Shown in pieces: positions 1-12,380 of a stretch of 64,000 bases of DNA. Within the stretch, counting starts at the first letter, position 1; each line of letters starts with the position of its first letter. This DNA comes from Balanoglossus misakiensis. Taxonomy: Eukaryota; Animalia; Hemichordata. A program made the position numbers and the translations under genes. Under the pieces are notes generated by a model. The model was given only the letters and a program-made list of their open reading frames with translations. It did no database searches and was not told the origin of the DNA. Location of the stretch: contig CM082584.2 of NCBI GenBank assembly GCA_040954595.2, positions 8,323,146-8,387,145 on the forward strand, read 5' to 3'.

Positions 1-1172
1 ATTGTCATTTTTGATGATTTTCATGGGCCTAATGGGGAACCCATGGTTTTTTTCAAAAAAATGAAGAATTTTGATATTTCGCAAAGTCGAAAAATTGTCA
101 TTTTTGGATGATTTTCATGGGCTATAACCCATGGTTTTTTCAAAAAAATGAAGAAATTTTGATATTTCGCAAAGTCGAAAAATTGTCATTTTTGGATGAT
201 TTTCATGGCTATAACCCATGGTTTTTCAAAAAAATGAAGAAATTTTGATATTTCGCAAAGTCGAAAAATTGTCATTTTTGGATGATTTTCATGGCTATAA
301 CCCATGGTTTTTTCAAAAAAATGAAGAAATTTTGATATTTCGCAAAGTCGAAAAATTGTCATTTTGGATGATTTTCATGGGCTATAACCCATGGTTTTTT
401 CAAAAAATGAAGAAATTTTGATATTTTCGCAAAGTCGAAAAATTGTCATTTTTGGATGATTTTCATGGGCTATAACCCATGGTTTTTTCAAAAAAATGAA
501 GAAATTTTGATATTTCGCAAAGTCGAAAAATTGTCATTTTTGGATGATTTTCATGGGCTATAACCCATGGTTTTTTCAAAAAAATGAAGAAATTTTGATA
601 TTTCGCAAAGTCGAAAAATTGTCATTTTTGGATGATTTTCATGGGCTATAACCCATGGTTTTTTCAAAAAAATGAAGAAATTTTGATATTTCGCAAAGTC
701 GAAAAATTGTCATTTTTGGATGATTTTCATGGGCTATAACCCATGGTTTTTTCAAAAAAATGAAGAAATTTTGAACTTTCGCAAAGTCGAAATATTGTCA
801 TTTTTGGATGATTTTCATGGGCTACAACCCATGGTTTTTTCTCAAAAAATGAAGAAATTTTGAACTTTCGCAAAGTCGAAAAATTGTCATTTTTGGATGA
901 TTTTCATGGGCTATAACCCATGGTTTTTTCAAAAAAATGAAGAAATTTTGATATTTCGCAAAGTCGAAAAATTGTCATTTTTGGATGATTTTCATGGGCT
1001 ATAACCCATGGTTTTTTCAAAAAAATGAAGAAATTTTGAACTTTCGCAAAGTCGAAATATTGTCATTTTTGGATGATTTTCATGGGCTACAACCCATGGT
1101 TTTTTCTCAAAAAATGAAGAAATTTTGAACTTTCGCAAAGTCGAAAAATTGTCATTTTTGGATGATTTTCAT
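1..1172. repeat. ~88-bp tandem satellite/minisatellite, about 13 copies, running off the window start
   Basis: The unit TTTCGCAAAGTCGAAAAATTGTCATTTTTGGATGATTTTCATGGGCTATAACCCATGGTTTTTTCAAAAAAATGAAGAAATTTTGATA recurs at 77, 165 and onward with ~88-bp period; differences are mostly homopolymer length. Confidence 0.97.
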
Positions 1173-1213
1173 GAAAGCGTAGTTTCAAAATTTCCTAATT
1201 TTAAACGAAAATC

Positions 1214-1325
1214 ATGTATGTATGTATGTATGTATGTATGTATGTATGTATGTATGTATGTATGTATGTATGTATGTATGTATGTATGTATGTATGTATG
1301 TATGTATGTATGTATGTATGTATGT

Positions 1326-1357
<32 letters not shown>

Positions 1358-1509
1358 TGTATGTATGTATGTATGTATGTATGTATGTATGTATGTATGT
1401 ATGTATGTATGTATGTATGTATGTATGTATGTATGTATGTATGTATCTATCTATCTATCTATCTATGTATCTATCTATCTATGTATCTATATGTATGTAT
1501 CTATGTATC

Positions 1510-1541
<32 letters not shown>

Positions 1542-1573
1542 TGTATCTATGTATGTATGTATGTATGTATGTA
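1214..1573. repeat. (TATG)n microsatellite with (TATC)n interruptions
   Basis: About 360 bp read directly; it generates the spurious MYVC-repeat ORFs. Confidence 0.98.
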
Positions 1574-1607
1574 GAAAATGAAACATTTCTGCGTATTTTC
1601 ATTTCAG

Positions 1608-2138
1608 AATGTTAAAATACACGCCGAAATACCTAAGCGCGCGTCCAAGAGCGGGTCATATGAAATCTTAACGTACACAAGCCCATCCGTCTCACCTAAC
1701 GAAGAATATGTCTTACGGACAGCGCGTATGATCCAGATTCCTGTTCTGCCACCATCCATTACGTCACATGTCATACAGGTCAACTATGTCATTGAGGTGA
1801 GTGTATTGATATCAACGAGATATCACCCCCCCCCCCCCTCTCTCGGCGCAACTGTATGCAAATTAAACCATCGTTACCATTGAAAATTTAAATACAGCCA
1901 GAAATTGCATCGCTCGTAAATCTTTAACACCTTTATGAAATCGTCATCCGTGACAAAAACTAGGTCATCTCAATGACACGAACGGAGGATAACACAATCC
2001 GCTTTCTCTTTTACTGATTGCCAGTTAAATGTAGATTCGCCACCTTATACCTATTATGAATTTGGTGAAGCAGACGATATTTCCATTTCAAGAAGACAAC
2101 AACCGTACTCTGTACAATAACTGTCTCTCTCTCTCTCT

Positions 2139-2173
<35 letters not shown>

Positions 2174-3285
2174 AGGTAAGCCTTCTGGTGGATGAAAAGA
2201 GTGAGTTAGAAATTTATTTCCCAATCACTATCGGGAATGTGCCTTATCTGGAATCGAAGCCAAATGTAAAGCCGAAGGAAATTACGTATGGTCAGTATAC
2301 ACTTACACTTATCGTGTGATCCATTTGATCGAGAATCTTTTAATTTTTCCCATGGCATCAGTGAAGCAGTATGACACGCACTGAAACTAACCACTCAGTC
2401 TGCCTATACAACGCCGGTGTTTCTCCTCTATGGGCGCAGACCTGAACTAATAGTGTCTATCGTGTGAAAAGTTGAAAACACACACGACATCATGGATCAG
2501 TTATGTCCATCATTGTATTGTATTGTTCATCACAATTTGAACCTTTTGTACAGTTAAAATTGCACATTGAAATTTTCGTACAGCTAAAGCGTGCGCATTG
2601 AAATCTCTCTCTCTCTCTTTCTTTCTCTCTCTCAGCGTACTCAGCGCCATCTTCGTGCGGAGCAAATGCTGACGACATCCAGTACGACGACGGGGAGAAG
2701 GTCACCCAACTGAAACCCTTTTCGCCCCTGTATGTGACCCTAACCAACGTGCCGCTGTCATACGCATGTAACGGCACCTCCACTGTGAAAGTGAACTCAG
2801 AGATGTCGTCCGAGCGACGGGTTACGCGGATTAACAGCAGGGACCGGGATGGCGTCATCATTCGCGTCAATTCCCGGGAGGATTACGGCGCTTTGAAGAA
2901 AGTAAGGACCTTCCACTCGAACTCCAACAGCAGCACCGTCACCACGGCCAGCTCGCTCACCGACGGGCCGCCGAACGGCACCGCCGTGGGCCACTCGCAC
3001 GCCGATGCGACACACGGCAGCAGACACGGCGCCGCCGTCTCCGCCCATCGCCACACCGCCGGCAAACCGCCGTCGTTACCGGGCAACGGGTATGCCGGGA
3101 CGCCTGTGACGAACCGCGCCCGCAGAACCGAAGACATTGAGCTCCTGCAGCGGCGGAGTCAGTTTGATCTCTTCGGCATCGATTTGGATCAGGGAGCTTG
3201 CAGAGACGAAACGGGCGAAATGTGTCCCAATGATCCAGTGAAAAGGGACGGCAAGACTTTCCGCATTTCCGGCCAGTATGTGTGA
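1608..3285 (+). CDS. Arrestin domain-containing protein (alpha-arrestin/ARRDC-like), last three coding exons; 5' exons lie upstream of the window
   Basis: Exons 1608-1796, 2176-2290 and 2636-3285 have AG/GT boundaries and join in frame. They encode IQIPVLPPSITSHVIQVNYVIEV-SLLVDEKSELEIYFPITIGNVPY, typical of the end of the arrestin-C domain, then a low-complexity tail ending at TGA 3283-3285. Confidence 0.8.
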
Positions 3286-4074
3286 GGCCGATGGCGACGC
3301 CTGACCCATCATCTACCGGACGCTGCTATGCACGAAATTTTCTCTTCAAACAGCAAAGAAGAAGGAATACTATGCAGGAAACTACATTTTCACTTTTGTG
3401 CCTGTTTCTATGGTAGCCTCTCAGACTCGTGAGCATAAGTAACATGGCGAAGAGACGCCGCAAATTTTTGAGAGATATTTATCGAAACTTTCGTAAACAT
3501 ACTTTTTTTTGTAAATGGCACCTTCGGATTAACACTAGTAGGGCGATGTGACCTGACTATGTCTATACGGGTGGTTGATATTGAATATTACATGTAAATT
3601 TATAGCATGTCTTTTGCCGAAGGCACCGAACGCTTCACACTTAAAAGCTAAGTCCCTCTCCCTGGCGTTTTGTACAAATGAAAATGCCATCCATTAAACT
3701 AACTCGAAATCGTAACTACGCCCCCCCCCCCCCCCCATGCAATTGAAAATGCATCAAAAGAGATTAATAGTCTTGGAGGATAGTTAAAGATTCATTGAAT
3801 CACTTGCCTACTAACATCAATACGCGACTGACGTCATTATCAGCAATCAGATATCGAATACGCATGAGCTATCCACGCCCATATTTCTGATATTCGTAAC
3901 CCCCCCCCCTTTTCACAAACACGTCGCAGGGTCATTAATTAAATAATTTCATGGATTATTTGGTACACCACCTTGACTTCCCGCGCCTCGTCAACATTCA
4001 ATATCAACTTACACAGAGGATTTGATACCACGCGCATGCGTTTCAAACGAACCCACCAATGGATGTTATCAGTA

Positions 4075-4388
4075 ATTATATTATACCAGTATATTGATGG
4101 TGTAAATCACGCTATTTGATTGGTCGAGACATGACACGTGACCGTGATATATTAGCCATATACCACAGTCATATATCATAGTCAAAGAAAATGCCTTTTA
4201 AAAATGTTTTATGCAAAGTTTCAATATACTGGCATAATATAATAGCAATAAAACACCCCAGCCATGGTATACCACTCGATTTTGACCAGTTCAACTCCAT
4301 ATACGCACTCGCTATCGCTCGTGCGTATATGTCGTGAACTGGTCAAAATCTCGTGGTATACCATGGCTGGGGGTGTTTTATTGCTTAA
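4075..4388. mobile_element. Probable non-autonomous element with two adjacent inverted-repeat structures
   Basis: 23-bp inverted repeat at 4075-4097 / 4221-4243 (1 mismatch), immediately followed by a ~142-bp imperfect palindrome at 4244-4385 (arms ~64 bp, 12-nt centre) that ends in TTAA. Confidence 0.6.
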
Positions 4389-5957
4389 TTTTTGTACATT
4401 TTATGGCATAACAATTACAACGGTCATTTGTTTCTCTCCAAAAATCCTCAACCCAACCATCCCAGAAAGCAAATGGTTCTCCCCTCATTGGAAGTCTGTC
4501 GTTTCAATCTCCATTGCTCCCAGCCAGCGCAGCAAATAAATATACAGTATAAAGTACTTCTACTTCATATTGCGGACTATCAGCGTTTGGATACCATCTT
4601 TGGCATAAACTGATGTGTATATTAATCGCCCTAGGTGACCCAATTGCCGTGACCGCCATGGAGTGTAATTTTCAAAAAAAGAAGCGCGTTAAATTAATTG
4701 CTCGGGTAAATCCCCAGATGTTTAATAAAAATGACGACATGATACTATTCCATCAATCACCCGCCAGCTGAAATGCCAATGATTATTGCAAATTTTAAAG
4801 GACGCGTTACAAGCCACTAGGGTCAAAAATACAAGGGCAAAGACCTTTTTTCAAACTGGTCGACGGGAAAAGGTATATTTATAACGTTGTGGATACGCAG
4901 GTGTCTTAGCTGCTCGTAGTCCGCCATATTAATGCGGTTACCATGGGTACCACAGTCTGTTGACGATCAGGTCGTATATATCTGTTTTGCTGTCTCTATA
5001 ACTGTGATCACGCAGTGAACAGTGTATATTAACGACATTTTGGGAAATACTTCATGAAACACAATTAAGATGCACTATTCACTGTTGCTTTTTTTCCTAA
5101 AATTTTAATATTTGTACTCAGCTGCATCTTAGGAAGACAGCATGAATTAACTTTGTAAATTATCATCAGCAATTTTTTCAATTTATCACTGTGACATTTA
5201 CTTCACCAGTTTCATTTACCATGTTCACTTCTACACGTTTGAGCAATATTCACCTTTGACCTTTGGAAAGACACCACTCTCTAGTCGTGTGAGGGCGCTA
5301 TTTCACACAAGTGCACAATTCGACCCTTTTTTTTCAAAAAAAATTCAAACTTTTGTCACATATTGACAGCTGGTTTACAAGAGATAAGTTATGCCTTGAT
5401 CTGTATTTTTGAACAATCCAACCGTTTTTCTCTTCATTTTGAAGAGCAGATTTTACAGCTTGTGTTTATCCACACATAGAAAACAATGGGTTTCGACTGA
5501 ACCACGTGGGTGAAAGGGTTTAACACAGAATGTACAGCACTAGATTCAGTATTGAAAAGGACCAGCCAATATCCCTATTTCTTTTTTTGATTCAAAACGA
5601 CACAAAAAAGATTGATATACTGACAGACTTTTATCTCTTTCCACTCTGACGTGAAGTGTTTTTATTCTCATCTTTGCAATACAGATTTATTACACAATGA
5701 AATAAATTCAATAAATTCTTTATGCACGGATCACCGACTCCACACGTGGAGATGTGTTGTTCTTTATATCGCCACATTGAGAGAAGATGCTGGTGTCTCC
5801 ACCTGGCCCATCCATCATGGTCATCACCTGTTGTCCCGGTCACCCCTCTTCCCCACCCACCCACCCCATTCTGAAATGGGCAAATCCAGCCATGCTGGGT
5901 TTGGACAACCAAAGACCCTGTGCTGCTGCAACGGGTAGTGTTCTACAAAGGAGGTAT

Positions 5958-8676
5958 TTACAGGTGGAATTTCCTTCGGCTGGTGTCCATTTCATGACGC
6001 TGAAAAAAGACAGAGAAAAACACATTGGTCAGAGTGTTCTTGTTAAATCTGAAATTTACATTATTAAGGCAGATTCCAATAGTTTGTTGTGATCAGACAC
6101 ACACAAACACAAACATACATGAAGAAGACTGCAATGACTCCACTTACTTTGTGAACCCACTCATATTCACCAAACTTGGAATCAAAGGTTCCTTTCTGCA
6201 GTGATCTTAATTTCAATGTAAACCTCGGTCCAATCTCTTGAAGGCCAACCCTCTTGCCATTTCGGAAAATATACCTGAAGAAAAAAAAAAATTGAAGACT
6301 CGATTCAGGTTTTTTACCTCTGTTGAAATGTAAATTTATCCTACCCCTACTGCTGTCTAAAATGACATAAAATAAAATGACACTAGAAACATTTAATGAA
6401 GAAATCAAAACTGTGATTATGCCATACAAGCTAAGCATGCATGTGCCAAACGCAAGTTTTTGCAGATAATGCACACGGCAGAGTATATCATCTAGCGGAG
6501 AACCGTACCTGTGTCTTCTGTAGAAGATATAATCTCTCTGATTGTGAAACGTGACCACCTGTCTGCCGCGGAACTCCGGATCGTGTGGAAACAACGAGGC
6601 GATGACCCGACCGATGGTGTGACCCAGTCGTGTGTTGAAGTTGTTCAGGATGAGTTCCGGTTTGTGGTGTGTGCTGCTACTGCTATGCTGCAGTGGGAAA
6701 ACCAACGACTTGTGACCGCTGCAGCATGTCATGTGTGAACGCATTGCAGTTAAACAGATCAGGGGGAGCAACCCTAAACAATTTAACCAACTTTCTGTGC
6801 GTACAACAACTTCTTGTTGTACTCCTTGAAATTTTTATTTGAGCATTAATTATCCAGGAAATTTTGAGCACTTTTCAGAGGAAAATTAAAAAGAAGTCGT
6901 TTCGATGATGTGTGTTCTTTTTCTCAAAGCGACCCAATATTTTTGAATCCAAAGTCCCACTTGAGCAAATCGCTGCACACAATGCTGTCCATGGTATTAA
7001 TTTCATGAAACATTGAAGCATCTCACATACATACACTAACACAGACACACACACGAAGTTTACGTTATCCAATTTGCTTTCATCTTTCTGTTGCCACTTA
7101 CCCTGATTTCTTTGCCGAACTTGACACTGCTCATCTTGAAATGAGCTGTGGGACCATCTGGTAAATGACAAATCAGCAAACCATCTGAACGCCAAGTTAA
7201 GGTTGGCACGCGAACACAATGAGATCGAACGTGCATGTACACAACATGCACAGGTAAAACAAAGTGGTTCTGGATATCTACATGTATGTACAAATGTATG
7301 TGTGAGTGTGTAAACACGCTGACACTGACACTTTCAAAAATGCAAAGCCGCTATCTTTAAACATTCTGATTACCCGTGTCAGAAAAGGATACTTGGCATT
7401 TTCCTGTCTTCATTGATTACTATCAAATCCGTAAATTCCCGACTCACTGCCTGAGGAATCACCTTTTTCAGAGCCAGGCCTCGTCTGTAGTATACTTCTG
7501 CGTTGGGAATGCTGTCAGCCAGTTCTTTACAAAGCCTCGTGGTTCTCTGGGATGAAGAAGTCGGAGCGAAGTGAGAAAATTAAACACACTCGCTACAGAA
7601 ATGCCAACGTTAACGGTGTTTTCATTTCCAATCGTGCATGCGCAAATAACTTACCGATCGTGGTCTGTCGGAGGTAGTTATTAATATTTTTGGTGTTGTT
7701 TCTCTTTTGAAGTATGATGCCATCTCGTCTATGCCTTCATCAAACAGTACCTACATGTTCATATTGACAGAGAGACAAGCGTATGTGTATGATCAGACTC
7801 TGCATCATTACAGCATATTGCAATGAACATACATGTATCAGACATCATGTGTCAAGATTTGAGAGTACATTTGTTTGTAATCAGAAAAACCACACCCACA
7901 AGAGTGCTTGAAAATTTCTGAAGCAAATAGTCTGAAGCAAACGAGAATTGCACACGTGCCCTTGTGACCAAATCAGTACTTTGTCCTTCTGAAAACCAAC
8001 TCAGGGTACACAATGTAAACTGACACTGACCTCTTCATCCTGGGGGTCGACCATCGTCTCATCATAAACTCTCATGCTTTCGATCGTCTTGGGGACCATC
8101 TTTGGTGGTGCCTGTGTGGATCATGTGATAAAAAGCCATAAAATGTATGCAAGGGATCACCTTAAGGCTTTTATTACAAGATTCAAGATAACAAGATTCT
8201 GGTAAGTACTAGTATTGCCTAAAGGTACTTGGCAAACATGACATGCAGAGTGAATGGAATTATTATATGGGCATCTGGCGATCGCATACAGCTTTTGAAA
8301 TGTTACCTTATCTCCCAATTCATCTTCTTCTTTCCTGCGTTTCTTCTGTCTTTCTCGTTTCTCCTACGAAACACAAATGAAAAGGCATACATTATTATAT
8401 TGGACATAATATACAATGCATCATCATGGTCCGACGCATTGAGCTTGTACTGTGTACAATGCTGTAGGCGTACGCTACGTATCACGTACGGTTTACATAG
8501 CGTGATTTACTTCAACGACTACCGATATCTACCTTCTTTTTCTGCCTCTTCAACTTAATGTATGCTTCTCTTCTCCTCTGCTTGTTTTTGAACCGGGAGA
8601 TATTCAACTCGGGTATCGCCGCGGCCGTATTTTTGCTCGTCGCTGCACCGGCATGCTGTTCCACTGCATCAGCCAT
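5958..8676 (-). CDS. RPF1: Ribosome production factor 1 (Brix domain), 9 exons, ~320 aa
   Basis: Exons 8676-8533, 8363-8307, 8111-8031, 7750-7655, 7546-7393, 7184-7102, 6687-6509, 6274-6148, 5999-5958 total 963 nt in frame. Motifs: [75 protein letters not shown] and C-terminal [11 protein letters not shown]. Confidence 0.96.
7185..7392 (-). other. U12-type (minor spliceosome) GT-AG intron, RPF1 intron 5
   Basis: Donor GTATCCTTTT (7392 downward); branch site CCTTAAC at 7202-7196, about 12 nt from the AG; no strong polypyrimidine tract. Confidence 0.88.
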
Positions 8677-8700
8677 CTTGAATTACGCTGCATGATGGGA
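8668..8700 (-). promoter_or_regulatory. RPF1 proximal motifs: ZNF143/Staf-like TCCCATCATGCA and YY1/TISU-like CAAGATGGC over the start codon
   Basis: TGCATGATGGGA at 8689-8700 and GCCATCTTG at 8672-8680 on the + strand. Both resemble housekeeping-promoter motifs; motif match only. Confidence 0.45.
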
Positions 8701-9566
8701 GCTCGACCTTTGACATTGGTGACCCATCCCCTCGGATGCCTGTCCATAAGGAATGGAACTTTCGATACTGCGTCGTAACTTTTGCTGAATAAAGGCTAAT
8801 TGTGCAACTTATGGACATGACTGTCTAATGTTGATTCGTATAAAAGTGGTATATGTGTTTTGATTGGATTATATCGTATTTTAATACACACACATCTGTT
8901 TCGGTCCCTTTGCTTGGTACACAGTAAGAGAAGTACGACCTGCCAGCGATGTCGCGAAATTAACCCTTTCTATTGCAATGTTGGACCTCTAAAGGGGGAA
9001 CTGGGGCTGAGAGGGTTGATGTTGTTGCGAAACTTCTAAATAGTATTTATCAGCCATAAGCATTTCATGACACGTGAACACGTTACACAAGGCAAAATAG
9101 CGTGCAATGATTTCCCTTATCGTTTGCAAACGTTTCTTTCCCACGGGGATACAACAGTCCAAATAAAAACACGTGCTCATCATGATGGATTCCTCATGTT
9201 TCCCGCCTCTTTGCCGACAAAACATGGAAGCTCAGTATGCAATGTGATTATGGATAAACAGATCTTTTTTTCCAAAATCATTTCAAAGAATAGTAAAAGC
9301 AACCAGATAGTAATTATATACCCGAGATGAAAATATAATTCGAAACACTGAGGCTGGCTTCTCCATCAACCATGCATGTACATCTTTTCATTTGGTTCCT
9401 GCCAATGACATCACCTGCCCTGCCACGTGTTTGGCGATGCTATTCGTTTAAGGTCACGTTGCCTGCCACAAACACCAGTTTTGAATTATAAAAATATCCG
9501 GATCATTGTTTGCACAAGGAAGGATTATGAAAACAAATTCGGAATCCAGAGGGGTGTGTTTTTTTC

Positions 9567-9574
9567 TATAAAAG
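9567..9574 (+). promoter_or_regulatory. Candidate TATA box of beta-propeller gene A
   Basis: TATAAAAG about 90 bp upstream of the ATG at 9659. Confidence 0.45.
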
Positions 9575-9658
9575 CCCCTGTGGTTGCGAAGTATTGAATG
9601 CAACGTCTGAGAACCTCGAGATCCATATACAAGAGTTCCGTGACCCTTATACGGCAGC

Positions 9659-11977
9659 ATGGTGTGCGTTACTGTCTTATTCTGCCTTCTCGGCGCCCTT
9701 TCTGTCTCTGAGGCGGCGCTGAAGACTCGCCAGCTCGGCGTCTTCCCCATCGAACGCCCGGGGTTCACCAGTGTCTTCAAGTACAACTCGCAAGACGCCT
9801 ACGACCTGTTCATCACCACCTTCCAGGCGGTGCCCGGCACTCTTGACGAGGTGCACATGATCGCCGACATCGGCAGTCAGCTGAATTCACTGGGCACCGT
9901 CTCGACGACCGTCATCTCGCGAAATATTGTGTGGCCAAACGAGGTAGAAGAAATACCAGGTGGGATATTATTAAATCGAAATTCTTGAATAGTCTCCTGA
10001 AAGTCGGAATAGTTATGGCAGAAATACTGACCCCCACCTGTTCGCGTGATCACACACGCGGATGACAATCACATTTCGCTTTTTCTTTTCTTGTTCAGAG
10101 GAAGTGTTTGGTGAGGAAGGCCACTTGTGGATCGCATCGGGATTCCTGGTCGCTGGTAAAGATGATGGCGCCATCTACGCCCTCAATCCGAAAATTGACG
10201 GAACTCCAGGTATGCAATTATGCGCCAACCCTTCATCGAGCAAATAAAAAGTTATTATTTAAAGAAAACAACGTACACGTTTTATCACACAACAGCCCTG
10301 TCTTAAATTGTTCACAAATTCTGCCTGAATAAATCCATGTGCCTATTTCTTCTGTCAACAGCGAGAGCAACCATGCTGTCCATCGACCCTGACGCCTTGC
10401 CATGGTTTTACCACCGTGTTGAGTGGGTCGACATGAACAACGATGGACTGAAGGACGCCCTCACAGCTCGTGCTCGAGTTGTAAGCAGTGGTACGTCTCA
10501 CGTCTTTTGAAATAAATCCGGAGGGAAACAACTTTAGAACAGTACACATCTCTATTAAGGACAGATTTTCCGGTCCCAGAGGTGTCCTTAATAGACAGGT
10601 TTCACTGTACACTAAATTCGCAGTAATGAAGTCCGCTCAATCAACCTTTATCTTTTCGCCCAAGGCTTAGGCGGCAGCACGTACGAGGGAAATTTGGTAT
10701 GGTTTGAAAATCCCGGTTCAAAGGACTCGACTCCTTGGGTTCCACACGTAGTTGTCGACGGGGCTGGCCCCGATTGCTTCTTCCGCAAAGTGGAACTGAC
10801 TCTTCCCGACGGCACCACCAAACACTGCATCATCAGCACCCAGTACTTCTCAGAAGAGCTGACAATAGCTTGGACTGACGGTGGGTAAACTGTGTCCACG
10901 CCGGAGATGACTGCGTTGACATCATGTGTTGTCTATGTGGCACTGTGTCCAAGTATAATAGAAAATATACGGAATGCAAACATTCAGGGGAAGCCAAAGG
11001 AAATGTTTGAGATGGACTGCGGGTCTCTCTTTCCATCGACACTATAGTTATAGTATATATTAGTCAAAGTGGTGGTGGTGGTGGTGGTGGTGGTGGCGAC
11101 TAAAGATGACGAAGAGGGCGACGAATTGACGGTAGTTGAAAAGCTAGTGAAACCGTTACTGTCCTTTATTTCCAGATCCCAATGGTTCGTGGATGGACCC
11201 CTCCCAAATCCACTTCAAGGTTCTTGATGACGGCCTGGGTCATTATTTTGACTTGGAGGTTCGTGGTAACTCCCTAAAAATAAAGAAATCCAGAAAGACA
11301 TTTTAAGTTTTTTTCCAAAACAATTACCGTTGTCGCAGTAACACGAGTATTCGTCTACATATAAATTTTCATCATTTTCCTATATTTAAAATATGTTTCA
11401 GGTTGTTGACCTCAACATGGATGGCAGACTGGATCTCTTGGTTTCCGTGAACAGGTCAGTAGATTCAGAAGCTTGCTATGTCACCATGACTACAGTAACT
11501 GCTATTTTATAGTAGAATTATTTCTGAAACCATTTCCCCTTCTACCCAGGAACTTTAACGGCACCATGATGGCCTATGAAATCCCGGATAACTTCCTGGC
11601 GGACGAGTGGCCGAGGCACCTGTTAGCCGATGGCTTTGACGGTGGCTACGGTGAGGGGAGGGGTGCCCCTGGATCGGGCTTTACATTCCGCCCGGCAAGG
11701 TGAGTAATCTTTCGGGCACATTTTAGTAGGATTAGTTCTTATCAATAATCCCTGCGTGAAAAAGTAACAAAAAGTAACACATGGTGGGCGGTATTTCTTA
11801 AGATTATTCAAACTTAACTAATTAAATCATACTTTATATGATAAGGAGAATGCAATGTTTCTCACCCGGATTATGAAATTATCAGTTCATTGCGCACACT
11901 ATAAGATAATTTTCCTCTGTGTCAGCATGCTTCGCGCATGTCACTGCGTTTGGAATGTGACGGGGAGGGACGGGATG

Positions 11978-12019
<42 letters not shown>

Positions 12020-12380
12020 AATGGATAAACGGAACTAGAGACACAGACACAGAAAGATTATACACAATAGTTACAAATGTTATCATAAAGACAGCCGCAT
12101 AAATGATGTTGCTTATTGGGCTATTTGTATATATAGTGAGCCGAACAGAAACAAGCCGCTTATTTTGCTGACTGGCGACGACGACGGCACCGTGTATCTG
12201 ATCCAGCCGTACGACGACAGCGACATCAACGACTGGCGATACTTCAAGACGGCTCTCTGGACGGTCAGCGGCACTCTCGGCGCCCTGTCGGCGGTGGACG
12301 TCGACAATGACGGCTACGAAGAGCTGTTTTTGCCGGCGTGGAGCAAGGGAGAACTTCAAGTGCTCACTTTTGCTCCGTGA
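9659..12380 (+). CDS. Secreted FG-GAP/VCBS-repeat (integrin-alpha-like beta-propeller) protein, paralog A, 8 exons, ~428 aa
   Basis: Exons 9659-9959, 10099-10209, 10362-10490, 10665(or 10671)-10880, 11176-11258, 11402-11454, 11550-11699, 12137-12380 join in frame. Signal peptide MVCVTVLFCLLGALSVSEA; Ca-binding-type loops DMNNDGLKD, DLNMDGRLD, DVDNDGYEE; no transmembrane segment. Confidence 0.85.
10540..10607. mobile_element. Short pogo/Tigger-like MITE remnant in intron 3 of gene A
   Basis: Left CAGTACACATCTCTATTAAGGACA versus reverse complement of the right end CAGTGAAACCTGTCTATTAAGGACA; ends ACTG followed by TA. Confidence 0.55.
11977..12018. repeat. (GACA)n microsatellite
   Basis: Read directly; intronic. 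Confidence 0.9.

Noticed and set aside
1-1172. CRISPR-like appearance of regularly spaced repeats with an internal palindrome
   Set aside because: Units are contiguous with no unique spacers, there are no cas genes, and the context is a eukaryotic intron.
1125-1615. ORFs of MYVC repeats, and the 218-421 ORF
   Set aside because: Translations of the (TATG)n microsatellite and the satellite.
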